Shown piece by piece: positions 1 to 7,929 of a DNA stretch of 16,955 bases. The notes beneath the pieces are model-generated. The model had not been told where the DNA came from. It was given only the letters and a program-made list of their open reading frames with translations, and did not search any database. The translations under genes were made by a program, and so were the position numbers. Each line of letters opens with the position of its first letter. Positions within the stretch are counted from its first letter, which is position 1. Where the stretch lies: positions 1 to 16,955 of the IMG/VR virus record IMGVR_UViG_2740892423_000028. One strand, given 5' to 3'. This DNA comes from a virus. Taxonomy: Duplodnaviria; Heunggongvirae; Uroviricota; Caudoviricetes.

Positions 1-798
1 TTAATGAACATTCGTCGCCGAAAACGAGTCTGTATCATTAGCGTGATGCAGTCTCTGCAAAGGATCTTGTTGATAAAATTGACAGAAACGTTGCCACAAT
101 GAAGGGAAACGAGGAGCAAAAAGTTCTGGGGCGCTAAAGAAATATTCAGAAAGTACGGCAAAACATTCAGCAGGATCACTGGCAGCATAAGCATCAATGC
201 TCGCCGCATTCTCACCAACTAATTCGATTTCTTCCTGAATGTTGTTCATTGCAGCATGAAGATCGTGTTCCCAGCCAGCAACCTCACGCAACGAAATAAA
301 GGGAACTCCGCTGGCGCGATCGCCGTTACGGGTGTCCAGCTTATGAGCGACTTCATGAATAATCAGGTTAAAACCAGATGCATCAAAAGAATCTTGTATA
401 TCCAACCAGTTCAAAACGATAGGCCCTTGCTGCCAGCTCTGACCTGACTGAACAATACGTTGGTTATGCACCAGACCGATATCGTCTTCCCATTCATCAT
501 CGACCACAAATGGCGCAGGATAAATTAAGACTTCATGAAAACCATCCAGCCATTCCAGTCCTAACTCCAGAACGGGTAGGCAAAATAGAAGTGCTATCCG
601 GCAGCTTCTTAATGAATCCAGTTCAAAGCCCTGTAAAGGAACAAGCCGCTTTTGCTGTAAAAAACGTTCGGCAAGAGTGACTAATTTGCTTTGTTCCTGT
701 TCCGTCAGACCCGTTAAAAGGGGGATCGATAGTGCTTCCTGCCAGGGAAGGGCAGTTTGATGTGCTGATTCTTGTACTTTCCAGGGCCACTTAATCAT
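1..798 (-). CDS. mtfA: Mlc titration factor A (zinc-dependent peptidase MtfA), complete
   Basis: Translation from the internal Met reads [14 protein letters not shown]... with an HEVAH zinc-binding motif, 265 aa; the ATG was located as revcomp of cat at 796-798. The ORF-track entry 1..837 over-extends the N terminus by 13 codons. Stop TAA at 1-3 on the reverse strand. Confidence 0.9.
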   Translation of the reverse strand: MIKWPWKVQESAHQTALPWQEALSIPLLTGLTEQEQSKLVTLAERFLQQKRLVPLQGFELDSLRSCRIALLFCLPVLELGLEWLDGFHEVLIYPAPFVVDDEWEDDIGLVHNQRIVQSGQSWQQGPIVLNWLDIQDSFDASGFNLIIHEVAHKLDTRNGDRASGVPFISLREVAGWEHDLHAAMNNIQEEIELVGENAASIDAYAASDPAECFAVLSEYFFSAPELFAPRFPSLWQRFCQFYQQDPLQRLHHANDTDSFSATNVH

Positions 799-891
799 CG
801 TTTTGCTCGCAAACTCGTCACTTGAACAAAATTGCACGGACAGGGACTGTTAAAATGCCAAATTTCCTGACATCATGGCAACCATCTGAAC

Positions 892-981
892 GGAGAGATG
901 CCGGAGCGGCTGAACGGACCGGTCTCGAAAACCGGAGTGGGGGCAACTCCACCGGGGGTTCAAATCCCCCTCTCTCCGCCA
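892..981 (+). tRNA. serU: tRNA-Ser, anticodon CGA
   Basis: 90-nt sequence GGAGAGATGCCGGAGCGGCTGAACGG...CCGCCA with a long variable arm, anticodon loop CU-CGA-AA and 3' CCA; matches my recall of E. coli serU. The integrase lies immediately downstream. Confidence 0.9.
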
Positions 982-1026
982 AAATTCAATCACTTATACA
1001 TCATTAAGTCAGTGACAAAAATCACA

Positions 1027-1057
1027 CTTGGAATTACTTGGAATATTTTCTTGGAAT
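1027..1057 (+). repeat. Three direct repeats CTTGGAAT at 1027, 1037 and 1050; candidate arm-type integrase binding sites
   Basis: Seen directly; spacing 10 and 13 nt, between the tRNA 3' end and overlapping the integrase stop codon (the tandem copy also encodes the last residues of Int). Confidence 0.35.
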
Positions 1058-2059
1058 ATTTTCAGGTAACGGGACATCAAGTGTCGGTGAAACTTTAACC
1101 TTCCTGTCATAGATTAGCACTTGCCCCTCGGTTTTGTGACCAGAGAAAAGTTGCTTATCCCGACTGCTTCCTTCATAGTCTGAAATTCCTTTCGCCTTCA
1201 GATCATGAAAGGTGAAGTCGGTTAAAATACCTGAAATTTTGCCTGCGCGATTTCTTGCTTCTACCCACATTTCGTTAAAGCCTTTGTACATATATCGGTT
1301 GCCGTATTGATTGCTGATTACATAGGCGGATTTTGGTAACTGTTTTGCTTTTTCGATCGCCGCCTGTAATCGTGGACTCCATGCTTTTATCTGTTTTTTT
1401 CCTGTTTTCCCTTGCTGGATAAAGATCCCGTCGTTTCCAATCTGCTCCCATTTCAGCGATAACACATCGGAAACCCTCGCTGCACACAGATAGGCAATTT
1501 CCATTGCGATAAAAACAGGAAGAGGTGCAACGCTTAATACTGCCTGGTATTCTTTGTCGGTTACATATCGTTCGCGGTTTTTGGCCTTGAATTTACTTAC
1601 ACCTGCACATGGGTTAGCCTTCACGAACCCTCGCTCATACCCCCAACTGTAAACACGGGACATACTGCTTTTTTCATGGTTGGCTTGCGTTTTACTCTGT
1701 TCCCCTCTTTTGTCCATGTATCGACGGATGTGTTCTGGTTTTATGGAATCCGCTGGTACTTTACCGAATACGGCAAGCAACTTTTTTTGATGTTGCAGAT
1801 AATCTTTTTGTGTTCTTGGACTGAGGTCACTGTAATAGGCGCTGGCGAGGAATTTTTCCCACAAGCGACCGAATGTCATTGCACGATCGCGATTATTTAC
1901 AGTTTCCTCATACTTTTTCCATAAAGCAGCTAAACCATCCTTGATGGCGGTTAGTGTGACAGATTCTCTGGATGTTGGTTTCCATACATAACTATATTTA
2001 TTTGGGTATACATTTGGAGGTAATTTTTCGTGTTCAGGATTTTTCCTTCGTCTTCCCAT
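1034..2059 (-). CDS. Phage tyrosine integrase (site-specific recombinase)
   Basis: 341-aa ORF next to the tRNA, facing it; C-terminal H..R / H..Y-type catalytic region (FHDLKAKG ... SGHKTEGQVLIYDRK); start ATG overlaps the upstream gene stop by 1 nt. Confidence 0.9.
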   Translation of the reverse strand: MGRRRKNPEHEKLPPNVYPNKYSYVWKPTSRESVTLTAIKDGLAALWKKYEETVNNRDRAMTFGRLWEKFLASAYYSDLSPRTQKDYLQHQKKLLAVFGKVPADSIKPEHIRRYMDKRGEQSKTQANHEKSSMSRVYSWGYERGFVKANPCAGVSKFKAKNRERYVTDKEYQAVLSVAPLPVFIAMEIAYLCAARVSDVLSLKWEQIGNDGIFIQQGKTGKKQIKAWSPRLQAAIEKAKQLPKSAYVISNQYGNRYMYKGFNEMWVEARNRAGKISGILTDFTFHDLKAKGISDYEGSSRDKQLFSGHKTEGQVLIYDRKVKVSPTLDVPLPENIPRKYSK

Positions 2060-2262
2060 CAGATCGCACCAAAATTCGGCTCTACCTCGCGTGGTGGTAA
2101 AGTTTTATTGCAGGTAAATAGATCCCGGCTGACAATCGGTTTGCCACTACGATTGGTATAGAACGGAAGCCCGTTTTCCATTAACCATTTTCGCTGGTGG
2201 CTTGCATATTTGCAGCCCGTTAATATTAGCAATTCATCTTCGGTTAAAAATAAGCTGCTCAT
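2059..2262 (-). CDS. Excisionase-like small protein (possibly DUF4224-like)
   Basis: 67-aa ORF immediately upstream of and translationally coupled to int (TGATG overlap); the function is inferred from position only. Confidence 0.5.
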   Translation of the reverse strand: MSSLFLTEDELLILTGCKYASHQRKWLMENGLPFYTNRSGKPIVSRDLFTCNKTLPPREVEPNFGAI

Positions 2263-2320
2263 AGCTATATCTCATAACCGCCGCTAACTATATGCGGTTA
2301 GCGGCGATCAGGGTTGAACA

Positions 2321-4783
2321 TTAAAAATCAGCCTGATTCGGGATCAGTTTTTGCCAGATTGCTGAAACGTATTTTGCCTGGTGACGGGCGTCATCAAGTG
2401 CATTGTGGCGCACGCCTTCGAATGGAATAACGGTTCTGGCATCAAAGTCGATTGTTTTTCCCAGCTCAACGATTGTGCGTACATCGCGATCGTTGTGGTA
2501 GCGCCACGGGCAGGGGATGTCCAGACGTTCGTATGAGATGCGCAAAATTGCGTTATCGAAAGTTGCACCATTACCCCATACCTGAACGAATTTTTCATCT
2601 GAGTATTCGTTGATGAACTCCCGAAACTGCGAAAGGGCATCCTTCAGTTTTACCTGGTCTGTTAAAATGGCAGCTCTGGCTTCACTGGACTGCTTCAGCC
2701 ACCATTCGATGGTTCCACCGTCAGGAACAGCCCCTGTATTCATTGCGTCAGTCAGACTGATAACGATATAAAATACTGGCCCGATTTCCCCTGTTTGTGG
2801 GGCGAAGAAAACCGCACCAATAACCACGATGGGCGCATTGGTGTTGGTTCCCATTGTTTCAATGTCGATCATCAGGTGGTACCACACTCTGCTGGTGGAT
2901 GTGATAACGTGATGACCGTTCACCGCAATTAAGGGATCTGCCGTCCCGCCAGTTTCATTATCGCTGGCGTGGTCCTGAGCGCTGCCAGCATTCTCCTTGT
3001 GTGGATGTTCAGCGCCTTCCATTTCCTTCGGATCATTTTCCTGAACTTCAACCTGATTCTCTTCATCGAATGTTTCCTGGTATGTTGCGTCGCCCATCAC
3101 CGCGCCACAATCAGGGCAGTTGCCGCCACCGCTCTGACCGCAGGCGGTGCAGACTTTTTCCGCTTCCTGTTGCGCTACTGGCTCAGGTTGTTTCGTTTCT
3201 GGCTCGTTTTGTAACGCATTTTGGCTGTTTTGTTCCGCTTTCTGGTCGTTCTGTTCCGTTTCTTGCTGGTTCTGATTCACTGAATCGCGGGTTTCAATCC
3301 CCTTCACCCATTTCGGATCATTCGGGTCGCTAATCCCTGCAACAAATTCACCACGTGATACAGCAAGCAACTTATTGGCATCAGGCTGGTTGATATTGGC
3401 TGCCTGCATAATTTTGTTTACTTCGTCAGCGGTAACTTTTACCTGATTAACCGGATCTATCTGCGCCTGAGTATCCAGCGATTGCGTGTCCTGGCGATGT
3501 TCAGTTGTATCCGGCTCCATTGCTTCAGTCGTTGCCTGTTCATCTGCCATTGCGTCAGACGGTTGTGATTTTTCCTCATTATTTTTTTCTTCTTCTGTTT
3601 CGTGTTTAGCAGCAGCCAGTTCGCGGTTAACTTCTTCCAGGATATCTTTTTCCGGTGTATGTCGTGCAGCAGCGAGAGTTTCCTCGGTAGGATTCTCGTG
3701 ATCAGTCTCCGTTAAATTGGCGTTGATATACCCCTGAAGGCGTCCCGGGTAATGATAAAACTCAGGGTGTGCGCTCCGGATAAGTGCAAAAATAGCGGCA
3801 CGGGAATAATCCAGGATACCCGGGATTGCGCGAAGTGCTGCGGACCATTCTTTGAACGGACTTTCTTTCTTCCGGACGACTTCTTTTGCGCGACGATAAA
3901 CGCTGCCCGGAATTTCATAAATATTAAAATCCATCGGAAGTGTGGCTGCTGCAATCTCCACATCCAGCGTATCGAAGGTGTGTACTAAATTCGGATTGCG
4001 ATCGGTTTTGTTCCCGCCGCCAGCATTAGCACCGGAAGCCGTGCGGGTGATACGTGAAACACGATTTCCCTTCATCCACTCTTTTGTAAGCAGACCTCGA
4101 TCGGTGTAGTCAGCGCCCAGGTATGCTTCGAAAAAAGCGGTCATCAGTCCCAGGTCTGAATTACCAGGATTAGGGAAAACTTTGTCAGTGTCGCGTACCA
4201 GTTTGTGGAGATCGCGAATTTCCAGTGGTTCGAGTTGCGCTGCTTTATTTGAGATGGCCAGCGCGGTAACGGCGGGAAGTTTTTCATCCTGTGCGTTATG
4301 TAATGCGCGCAGTTCGTCCCGCGAAACGTGCGTGATCGGTTTTTCGCTGTTGTGTTGCGCCAGCCATCGAACAGGCAGAATCTGACCTGAAACTGGCAGG
4401 AGCATATTCTCCTCAATCTCAGTCATGTCTTCACCGTTGACGTTGGTATTGTCAGTGCTGGCTGGTTTGTCCTGAACAGAGGGCGCGATAAGTACCATTG
4501 TGATACCATCTTCCCCGCCTTTTTCGTATCGGTTGCAGAATTCGGTATCAAACACGCCTTCCGGAGGAAGGTCATTCACAACGGGTAAATGGACGCGAAC
4601 AGGTTTTTTAAAATCCTCTTCGTCAAATCCGGCATCGTCCATTGCGACAACACCGCGTGATATTGCAATCGATAATTTTTTTGCTGTGCGCCAGTAAAAA
4701 CCGCCTTTAATCCCAAGGCGTTTTCTGACTTTGTCATTTTTGGCTTCGTAATATAGTGCAATTTCTTCTTTATCAGCGCTCAT
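2321..4783 (-). CDS. Large phage exonuclease protein (YdfE / exodeoxyribonuclease VIII-like) with a C-terminal DEDDh 3'-5' exonuclease domain
   Basis: 820 aa; C terminus carries the Exo I-III motifs [20 protein letters not shown] and [13 protein letters not shown]; central CxxC...CxxC zinc ribbon ([16 protein letters not shown]); acidic/Gln-rich low-complexity middle; GAGG RBS 8 nt upstream of the ATG at 4783. Confidence 0.85.
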   Translation of the reverse strand: MSADKEEIALYYEAKNDKVRKRLGIKGGFYWRTAKKLSIAISRGVVAMDDAGFDEEDFKKPVRVHLPVVNDLPPEGVFDTEFCNRYEKGGEDGITMVLIAPSVQDKPASTDNTNVNGEDMTEIEENMLLPVSGQILPVRWLAQHNSEKPITHVSRDELRALHNAQDEKLPAVTALAISNKAAQLEPLEIRDLHKLVRDTDKVFPNPGNSDLGLMTAFFEAYLGADYTDRGLLTKEWMKGNRVSRITRTASGANAGGGNKTDRNPNLVHTFDTLDVEIAAATLPMDFNIYEIPGSVYRRAKEVVRKKESPFKEWSAALRAIPGILDYSRAAIFALIRSAHPEFYHYPGRLQGYINANLTETDHENPTEETLAAARHTPEKDILEEVNRELAAAKHETEEEKNNEEKSQPSDAMADEQATTEAMEPDTTEHRQDTQSLDTQAQIDPVNQVKVTADEVNKIMQAANINQPDANKLLAVSRGEFVAGISDPNDPKWVKGIETRDSVNQNQQETEQNDQKAEQNSQNALQNEPETKQPEPVAQQEAEKVCTACGQSGGGNCPDCGAVMGDATYQETFDEENQVEVQENDPKEMEGAEHPHKENAGSAQDHASDNETGGTADPLIAVNGHHVITSTSRVWYHLMIDIETMGTNTNAPIVVIGAVFFAPQTGEIGPVFYIVISLTDAMNTGAVPDGGTIEWWLKQSSEARAAILTDQVKLKDALSQFREFINEYSDEKFVQVWGNGATFDNAILRISYERLDIPCPWRYHNDRDVRTIVELGKTIDFDARTVIPFEGVRHNALDDARHQAKYVSAIWQKLIPNQADF

Positions 4784-4860
4784 TGATAAACCTCGTAACT
4801 ATTTTTAGGGTGAACAAATCCCTGCCATTGCTGGCATATAAAAATGAAACCGGATATTAA

Positions 4861-5064
4861 TTACGGTGCTGTTTTAAGTCCTGCCGGGATTTCGTTATTG
4901 TCCATGCGAATAACTTTATCAACCGGATAACAGTTGCCGGGAATTTTCTGTTCCGCTGCGGCAGCCATGCATTCTTTCATTGAGTCATGTATACCAATAA
5001 CAAGATCGACTGGTTCGCCTGTATTAAGAAAAACTGTCAGAACGAGTGCAAATGCTGTATTCAT
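4861..5064 (-). CDS. YdfD-like small protein (position of the Qin lysis protein YdfD)
   Basis: 67 aa from the internal Met MNTAFALVLTVFL... with a hydrophobic N terminus; AAGGA RBS; start lies 2 nt after the dicB stop (TGAcaATG). The ORF-track entry 4861..5118 over-extends it. Confidence 0.55.
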   Translation of the reverse strand: MNTAFALVLTVFLNTGEPVDLVIGIHDSMKECMAAAAEQKIPGNCYPVDKVIRMDNNEIPAGLKTAP

Positions 5065-5066
5065 TG

Positions 5067-5249
5067 TCAGCGTCCTTTTTGCATCAGGCGTAAACGGGCC
5101 AGCATTGAAACAATGCATATTTGATTTAATAGCTCCCGTTCGTGTTTTCTCTTATTAATGGCATCTTCAGTAAATACAGGGTTACTGATTCTGACACCAA
5201 TTTCAAAACAACCTTCAGACGTATTAACGTTTGGTAATAACGTTTCCAT
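5067..5249 (-). CDS. dicB: Cell-division inhibitor DicB
   Basis: 60-aa product METLLPNVNTSEGCFEIGVRISNPVFTEDAINKRKHERELLNQICIVSMLARLRLMQKGR closely matches my recall of E. coli DicB; GAGGA RBS 7 nt upstream of the ATG at 5249. The ORF-track entry 5067..5345 is over-extended. Confidence 0.8.
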   Translation of the reverse strand: METLLPNVNTSEGCFEIGVRISNPVFTEDAINKRKHERELLNQICIVSMLARLRLMQKGR

Positions 5250-5266
5250 TATCGCGTCCTCAACAA

Positions 5267-5428
5267 TGAATTTTGTGATGCGGTGCCTGGTGCCTCCAGG
5301 TGACGTTAACCAGTTAACAATTAACGCCGGATACAGAGAACCCACCCATAAGAACCAATACGGAAGTCAACTGGCCTTTTTAACTGTTCCGCGTGCGCTG
5401 AGCCGCATTCACCGCATCACAAAATTCA
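5267..5428. repeat. Perfect 19-bp inverted repeat, arms 5267-5285 and 5410-5428, 124 bp apart
   Basis: Seen directly: TGAATTTTGTGATGCGGTG at 5267-5285 and its exact reverse complement CACCGCATCACAAAATTCA at 5410-5428; it lies between the DicF-like terminator and the dicB RBS. Confidence 0.7.
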
Positions 5429-5432
5429 CTTT

Positions 5433-5488
5433 AAAAAGGGCGGACATCAGCCAGCAATGAAACTGATGCCGCCAAAAGGTAATCAACA
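5433..5488 (-). ncRNA. dicF: DicF-like small RNA with intrinsic terminator
   Basis: Minus-strand sequence ...UUGAUUACCUUUUGGCGGCAUCAGUUUCAUUGCUGGCUGAUGUCCGCCCUUUUU: GC-rich hairpin (stem 5438-5473) followed by a U5 tract (5433-5437), just upstream of dicB as in Qin; it resembles my recalled DicF sequence (UUUGGCGG-AUCAGUUU...CCGCCCUUUUU). The 5' end is approximate. Confidence 0.5.
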
Positions 5489-5812
5489 TGGGTTGTTGCA
5501 GCGGGGTTGTCACTCAGGCGTATGGCCAACCTGACAACCCGGTGTTATCTCGAGGAAAGGATAGCCTCGCCATACTTACCGCCGCGCCATTTCGCGGATT
5601 GCCACAACCGGAAGCGCACGGTCGAAGATGCCGGTGGCACGCAACAGAGGGAGAAATAACTTCGCCGTGCGCTTTCGCGTTATGCCCTGATTTTTCAGGG
5701 ATATATCCTTTCAGTAAACTGTCAGTGCCGAATTCTTATCCGTGTCCGGCGCACGACCACACGTGACAGCGTGTTGGTCTCCATTTTTAACCGCATCTCA
5801 ATGGAGGATAAA

Positions 5813-6055
5813 ATGCCAACAAAACTATGCCCAGCCTGTAATTCTTCGTCTGATTTTTCAGAGAAGAATGGTTATTATATTTTTGATTGCCCGAAACACG
5901 GTGTATTCCATATATCAAAACTTGATGGGATATTTGTGAAACCAAGTCAGTATCAGGCTGACAAGTTAAATAAAATTCTCAATGCCAAAAGAGCGTCAGG
6001 CTATACGGGACCTATAGAGGTTTTACCGCGTCCTCGTCTTGTGGAACTGGATTAA
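5813..6055 (+). CDS. Hypothetical small zinc-ribbon protein (CPAC...CPKH), AT-rich, antisense to the dicB operon
   Basis: 81 aa from the ATG at 5813 with a GGAGG RBS 5 nt upstream; the ORF-track entry starts earlier at GTG 5771. Its 3' end overlaps the convergent gene 6012..6572 by 44 nt. Coding status unverified. Confidence 0.45.
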   Translation: MPTKLCPACNSSSDFSEKNGYYIFDCPKHGVFHISKLDGIFVKPSQYQADKLNKILNAKRASGYTGPIEVLPRPRLVELD

Positions 6056-6572
6056 ACCAGTGCTCCTGAATCGCTCGTATTTTTACCCTCGGATGATTGC
6101 CGGGGGTGATTATTAATTCTGGCGGACATGGTTCTCCATTATGACAAATTGCGCTATAAGTGAAATCAGCCAGAGCAGTGCCGGTCATTATTATTCCGAA
6201 CTTATCAAGCAGCGAGAGCAAATCACGCAAACAGGAGTTATCAGTTTTTTCGTTATAAAATGAATCCCCTGATGCAGAGAGCATTTCACCTCGCTCTGCG
6301 ATGCGTTTGGCCATTTTCCAGAATTCTTTTTTTGAATACTTTTCCTCGACATAAAAACCCATCGCCGAGGCAATCCGCTTTGCAGCTTCTTCAGTATCCT
6401 GGTTGTTTGTTACCGAAACAGAGTACAATCCGATAAACGCATCGCGCACATTACGAGCCATATTATCAGTGTCTTTTTTCGTTACCGATTCCAATGCAAG
6501 TTCGTTCAGGTGTTGACGGAGTGTCTGTGCTGCAATCTCCTGGATTGATAGTGGTAAATCTTTAAATTCCAT
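6012..6572 (-). CDS. Hypothetical 186-aa soluble protein, uncharacterised cargo in the YdfC position of the dicB operon
   Basis: Full-length ORF with a G-rich RBS; no recognisable catalytic motif and no transmembrane segment by eye; appears AT-rich relative to its flanks. Confidence 0.6.
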   Translation of the reverse strand: MEFKDLPLSIQEIAAQTLRQHLNELALESVTKKDTDNMARNVRDAFIGLYSVSVTNNQDTEEAAKRIASAMGFYVEEKYSKKEFWKMAKRIAERGEMLSASGDSFYNEKTDNSCLRDLLSLLDKFGIIMTGTALADFTYSAICHNGEPCPPELIITPGNHPRVKIRAIQEHWFNPVPQDEDAVKPL

Positions 6573-6583
6573 CTTTAACCCCG

Positions 6584-6712
6584 TTAGCCGTTAGATTTTG
6601 CCGAACTGGAAAGCGCCTGTTTAAACTCACTGAAGCTGAGAGCTTCTTCGCCTTCGGCAAGGCCTTCGAAGTATTCTTCGTAAGCCTTTTCCATGATTGC
6701 GTCGAAATCCAT
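6584..6712 (-). CDS. YdfB/YdaG-like 42-aa protein
   Basis: 42-codon ORF MDFDAIMEKAYEEYFEGLAEGEEALSFSEFKQALSSSAKSNG, not in the ORF track (below the size cut-off); its ATG lies 1 nt after the upstream stop (TGAtATG). Size and position match ydfB of Qin. Confidence 0.45.
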   Translation of the reverse strand: MDFDAIMEKAYEEYFEGLAEGEEALSFSEFKQALSSSAKSNG

Positions 6713-6713
6713 A

Positions 6714-6869
6714 TCACTCACCTGAATTTCTTTCCAGCCAGCGACGCGCGCCAGATTCGGTTTTAAACGTTTTGCTTTTGGTATATGTCATCGCGGTGAA
6801 CGTACCGTCCTGGTTGGGGAACACGCCACATACCAGAGATTCGCTGTTGCCAAGATCGATAGTATCCAT
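6714..6869 (-). CDS. YdfA/YdaF-like (DUF1391-like) 51-aa protein
   Basis: Internal Met MDTIDLGNSESLVCGVFPNQDGTFTAMTYTKSKTFKTESGARRWLERNSGE with a GAGG RBS 5 nt upstream; the ORF-track entry 6714..6950 (78 aa) is an alternative longer start. Confidence 0.55.
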   Translation of the reverse strand: MDTIDLGNSESLVCGVFPNQDGTFTAMTYTKSKTFKTESGARRWLERNSGE

Positions 6870-7046
6870 GCTGACCTCATTTCCCCTTAACGCCGGGGTA
6901 GCGGAACAAAAACCTGCTGCATAGTTATTAAAGTTGAACCCTGCCGTCATGTTCTTACGCCTCGGGCTGGCTACTTAACCCCTGACCACTGCCTGGTAAC
7001 TCGAAGTATTGCCCTGCGTTCTGTGGGACGGGGTGGGTTGGTTGAT

Positions 7047-7110
7047 ATGATGTACTTTTTGTTCACTAATGTAAAGTACTTTTAGTACATTTTATGAGAA
7101 ATAAAGTACC
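7047..7110. promoter_or_regulatory. Cluster of four GTAC-centred operator-like motifs with a candidate leftward promoter (pL / dicB-promoter analogue)
   Basis: GTAC cores at 7052, 7076, 7085 and 7106, including the perfect palindrome AAAGTACTTT at 7073-7082; on the minus strand a -35 TTTACA (7070-7075), 17-nt spacer and a weak -10 CATCAT (7047-7052). Confidence 0.4.
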
Positions 7111-7163
7111 AGGAGGGGGGGAGGAGCATAAACCCGGAGGGAAGTTACCGGATTTATGCAGAT

Positions 7164-7583
7164 TCAGGAGGCTTTTTGTTTTTTCTTTCGCGCTAATTCT
7201 TCATAAATTGCGTTGTACTTCTGTTTTTTCTCCTCAAGAGTTTTTAAAAGTTCATCAGTTTCACTGTCAGGGAGTTCATCAAGAAGTTCAATGATGATTT
7301 TTTGCCTCGGACTTAACTCCTGATAGAAACGCAGGCTTCCGCTTTCTTCAGTGTCCTCCCCCAGAAGGTAAGTTGGTGTTGTTCCGATAAGTGCTGCCAA
7401 TTCTTTCAGTTTCTCTCGACGGGGAATTGTCTCTCCATTAAACCATTTACTAACCGCTTTGGGTGTTAGCTTCATTCGACGGGCAATTTCTGCCTGCCTT
7501 CCGTGTTGTTCAAAACCAGCATTATCACAGGCTAGCGCAAGCCTGCTGGCGAACTCTTTACGCGCTTCATCTTCATGAACCAT
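7164..7583 (-). CDS. DicA/RacR-like HTH (XRE family) prophage repressor
   Basis: 139 aa; N-terminal HTH (QAEIARRMKLTPKAVSKWFNG); the C-terminal part (LSPRQKIIIELLDELPDSETDELL...) resembles my recall of DicA; divergent from the cro-like gene; no S24 peptidase domain. Confidence 0.85.
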   Translation of the reverse strand: MVHEDEARKEFASRLALACDNAGFEQHGRQAEIARRMKLTPKAVSKWFNGETIPRREKLKELAALIGTTPTYLLGEDTEESGSLRFYQELSPRQKIIIELLDELPDSETDELLKTLEEKKQKYNAIYEELARKKKQKAS

Positions 7584-7662
7584 AAGTTCAATGATATTTA
7601 CTATTGAATGTACTGTCAGTTCTGTTATATTGTGTACTCAAGGTTCACATTGTGAGGGTGAT
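7584..7662. promoter_or_regulatory. Divergent immunity promoters and operators between the repressor and cro-like genes
   Basis: Rightward -35 TTGAAT (7604-7609), 16-nt spacer, -10 TATATT (7626-7631). Leftward -35 CTGACA (revcomp of 7614-7619), 17-nt spacer, -10 TATCAT (revcomp of 7591-7596) ending 7 nt before the repressor ATG with no Shine-Dalgarno. Palindromes TTGTGTACTCAA (7630-7641) and TCACA-T-TGTGA (7645-7655); GTAC core at 7610. Confidence 0.5.
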
Positions 7663-7929
7663 ATGAGCCATACAACACTTGCAGATGTAATCAAAGCAGT
7701 TCGCGTTTCTGTTGTAGCCGATGTTTGCGGTGTCAGCCAAAGAGCAATCTACAAATGGATGAATAATGGAAAATTACCGCGCACAGAATATACAGGCGAA
7801 ACAAATTACGCTGAAAAAATTGCTCTGGCATCAAACGGATTATTTTCTGCTGATGCGGTTTTGACTATTGGCAGGATTAAGCCTACAGCGAATGAATCAC
7901 TGGCGGTGAACAATGATATTCACTCCTGA
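7663..7929 (+). CDS. Cro-like / YdaS-like HTH protein
   Basis: 88 aa from the ATG at 7663 with a GAGGG RBS; HTH segment VCGVSQRAIYKWMNNGKLP; divergent from the repressor. Confidence 0.75.
   Translation: MSHTTLADVIKAVRVSVVADVCGVSQRAIYKWMNNGKLPRTEYTGETNYAEKIALASNGLFSADAVLTIGRIKPTANESLAVNNDIHS

Noticed and set aside
822-1098. Two plus-strand ORFs (61 and 66 aa) over the tRNA
   Set aside because: They overlap tRNA-Ser and the int 3' end; their translations are just the tRNA sequence read as codons.
2344-4761. Several 60-110 aa ORFs on both strands inside the exonuclease gene
   Set aside because: All are embedded in or antisense to the long 820-aa reading frame and lack RBSs; treated as spurious.
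5158-5460. Plus-strand 100-aa ORF upstream of dicB
   Set aside because: It is antisense to the dicB 5' region and the inverted-repeat/DicF terminator segment; its residues mirror the inverted repeat and it has no RBS.
5490-5812. Structured non-coding stretch considered as a retron msr/msd or other large ncRNA
   Set aside because: No reverse transcriptase or other partner gene is nearby; the structure at its left end is explained by the DicF-like terminator, and the rest may be the promoter region of the plus-strand ORF.
6584-6950. Apparent frameshifted pseudogene: a 78-aa ORF followed by an out-of-frame 42-codon continuation
   Set aside because: The second ORF has its own ATG 1 nt after the first stop (TGAtATG), and the first contains an internal Met with a good RBS giving a 51-aa product. 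These sizes fit the ydfA/ydfB (51 and 42 aa) pair of Qin, so two small coupled genes is the simpler reading.
7094-7294. Plus-strand ORF (66 aa) between the repressor and the ydfA-like gene
   Set aside because: It overlaps the repressor gene 3' end and the operator cluster, is G-rich and low-complexity (PGGGEEHKPGG) and has no RBS; probably not coding.
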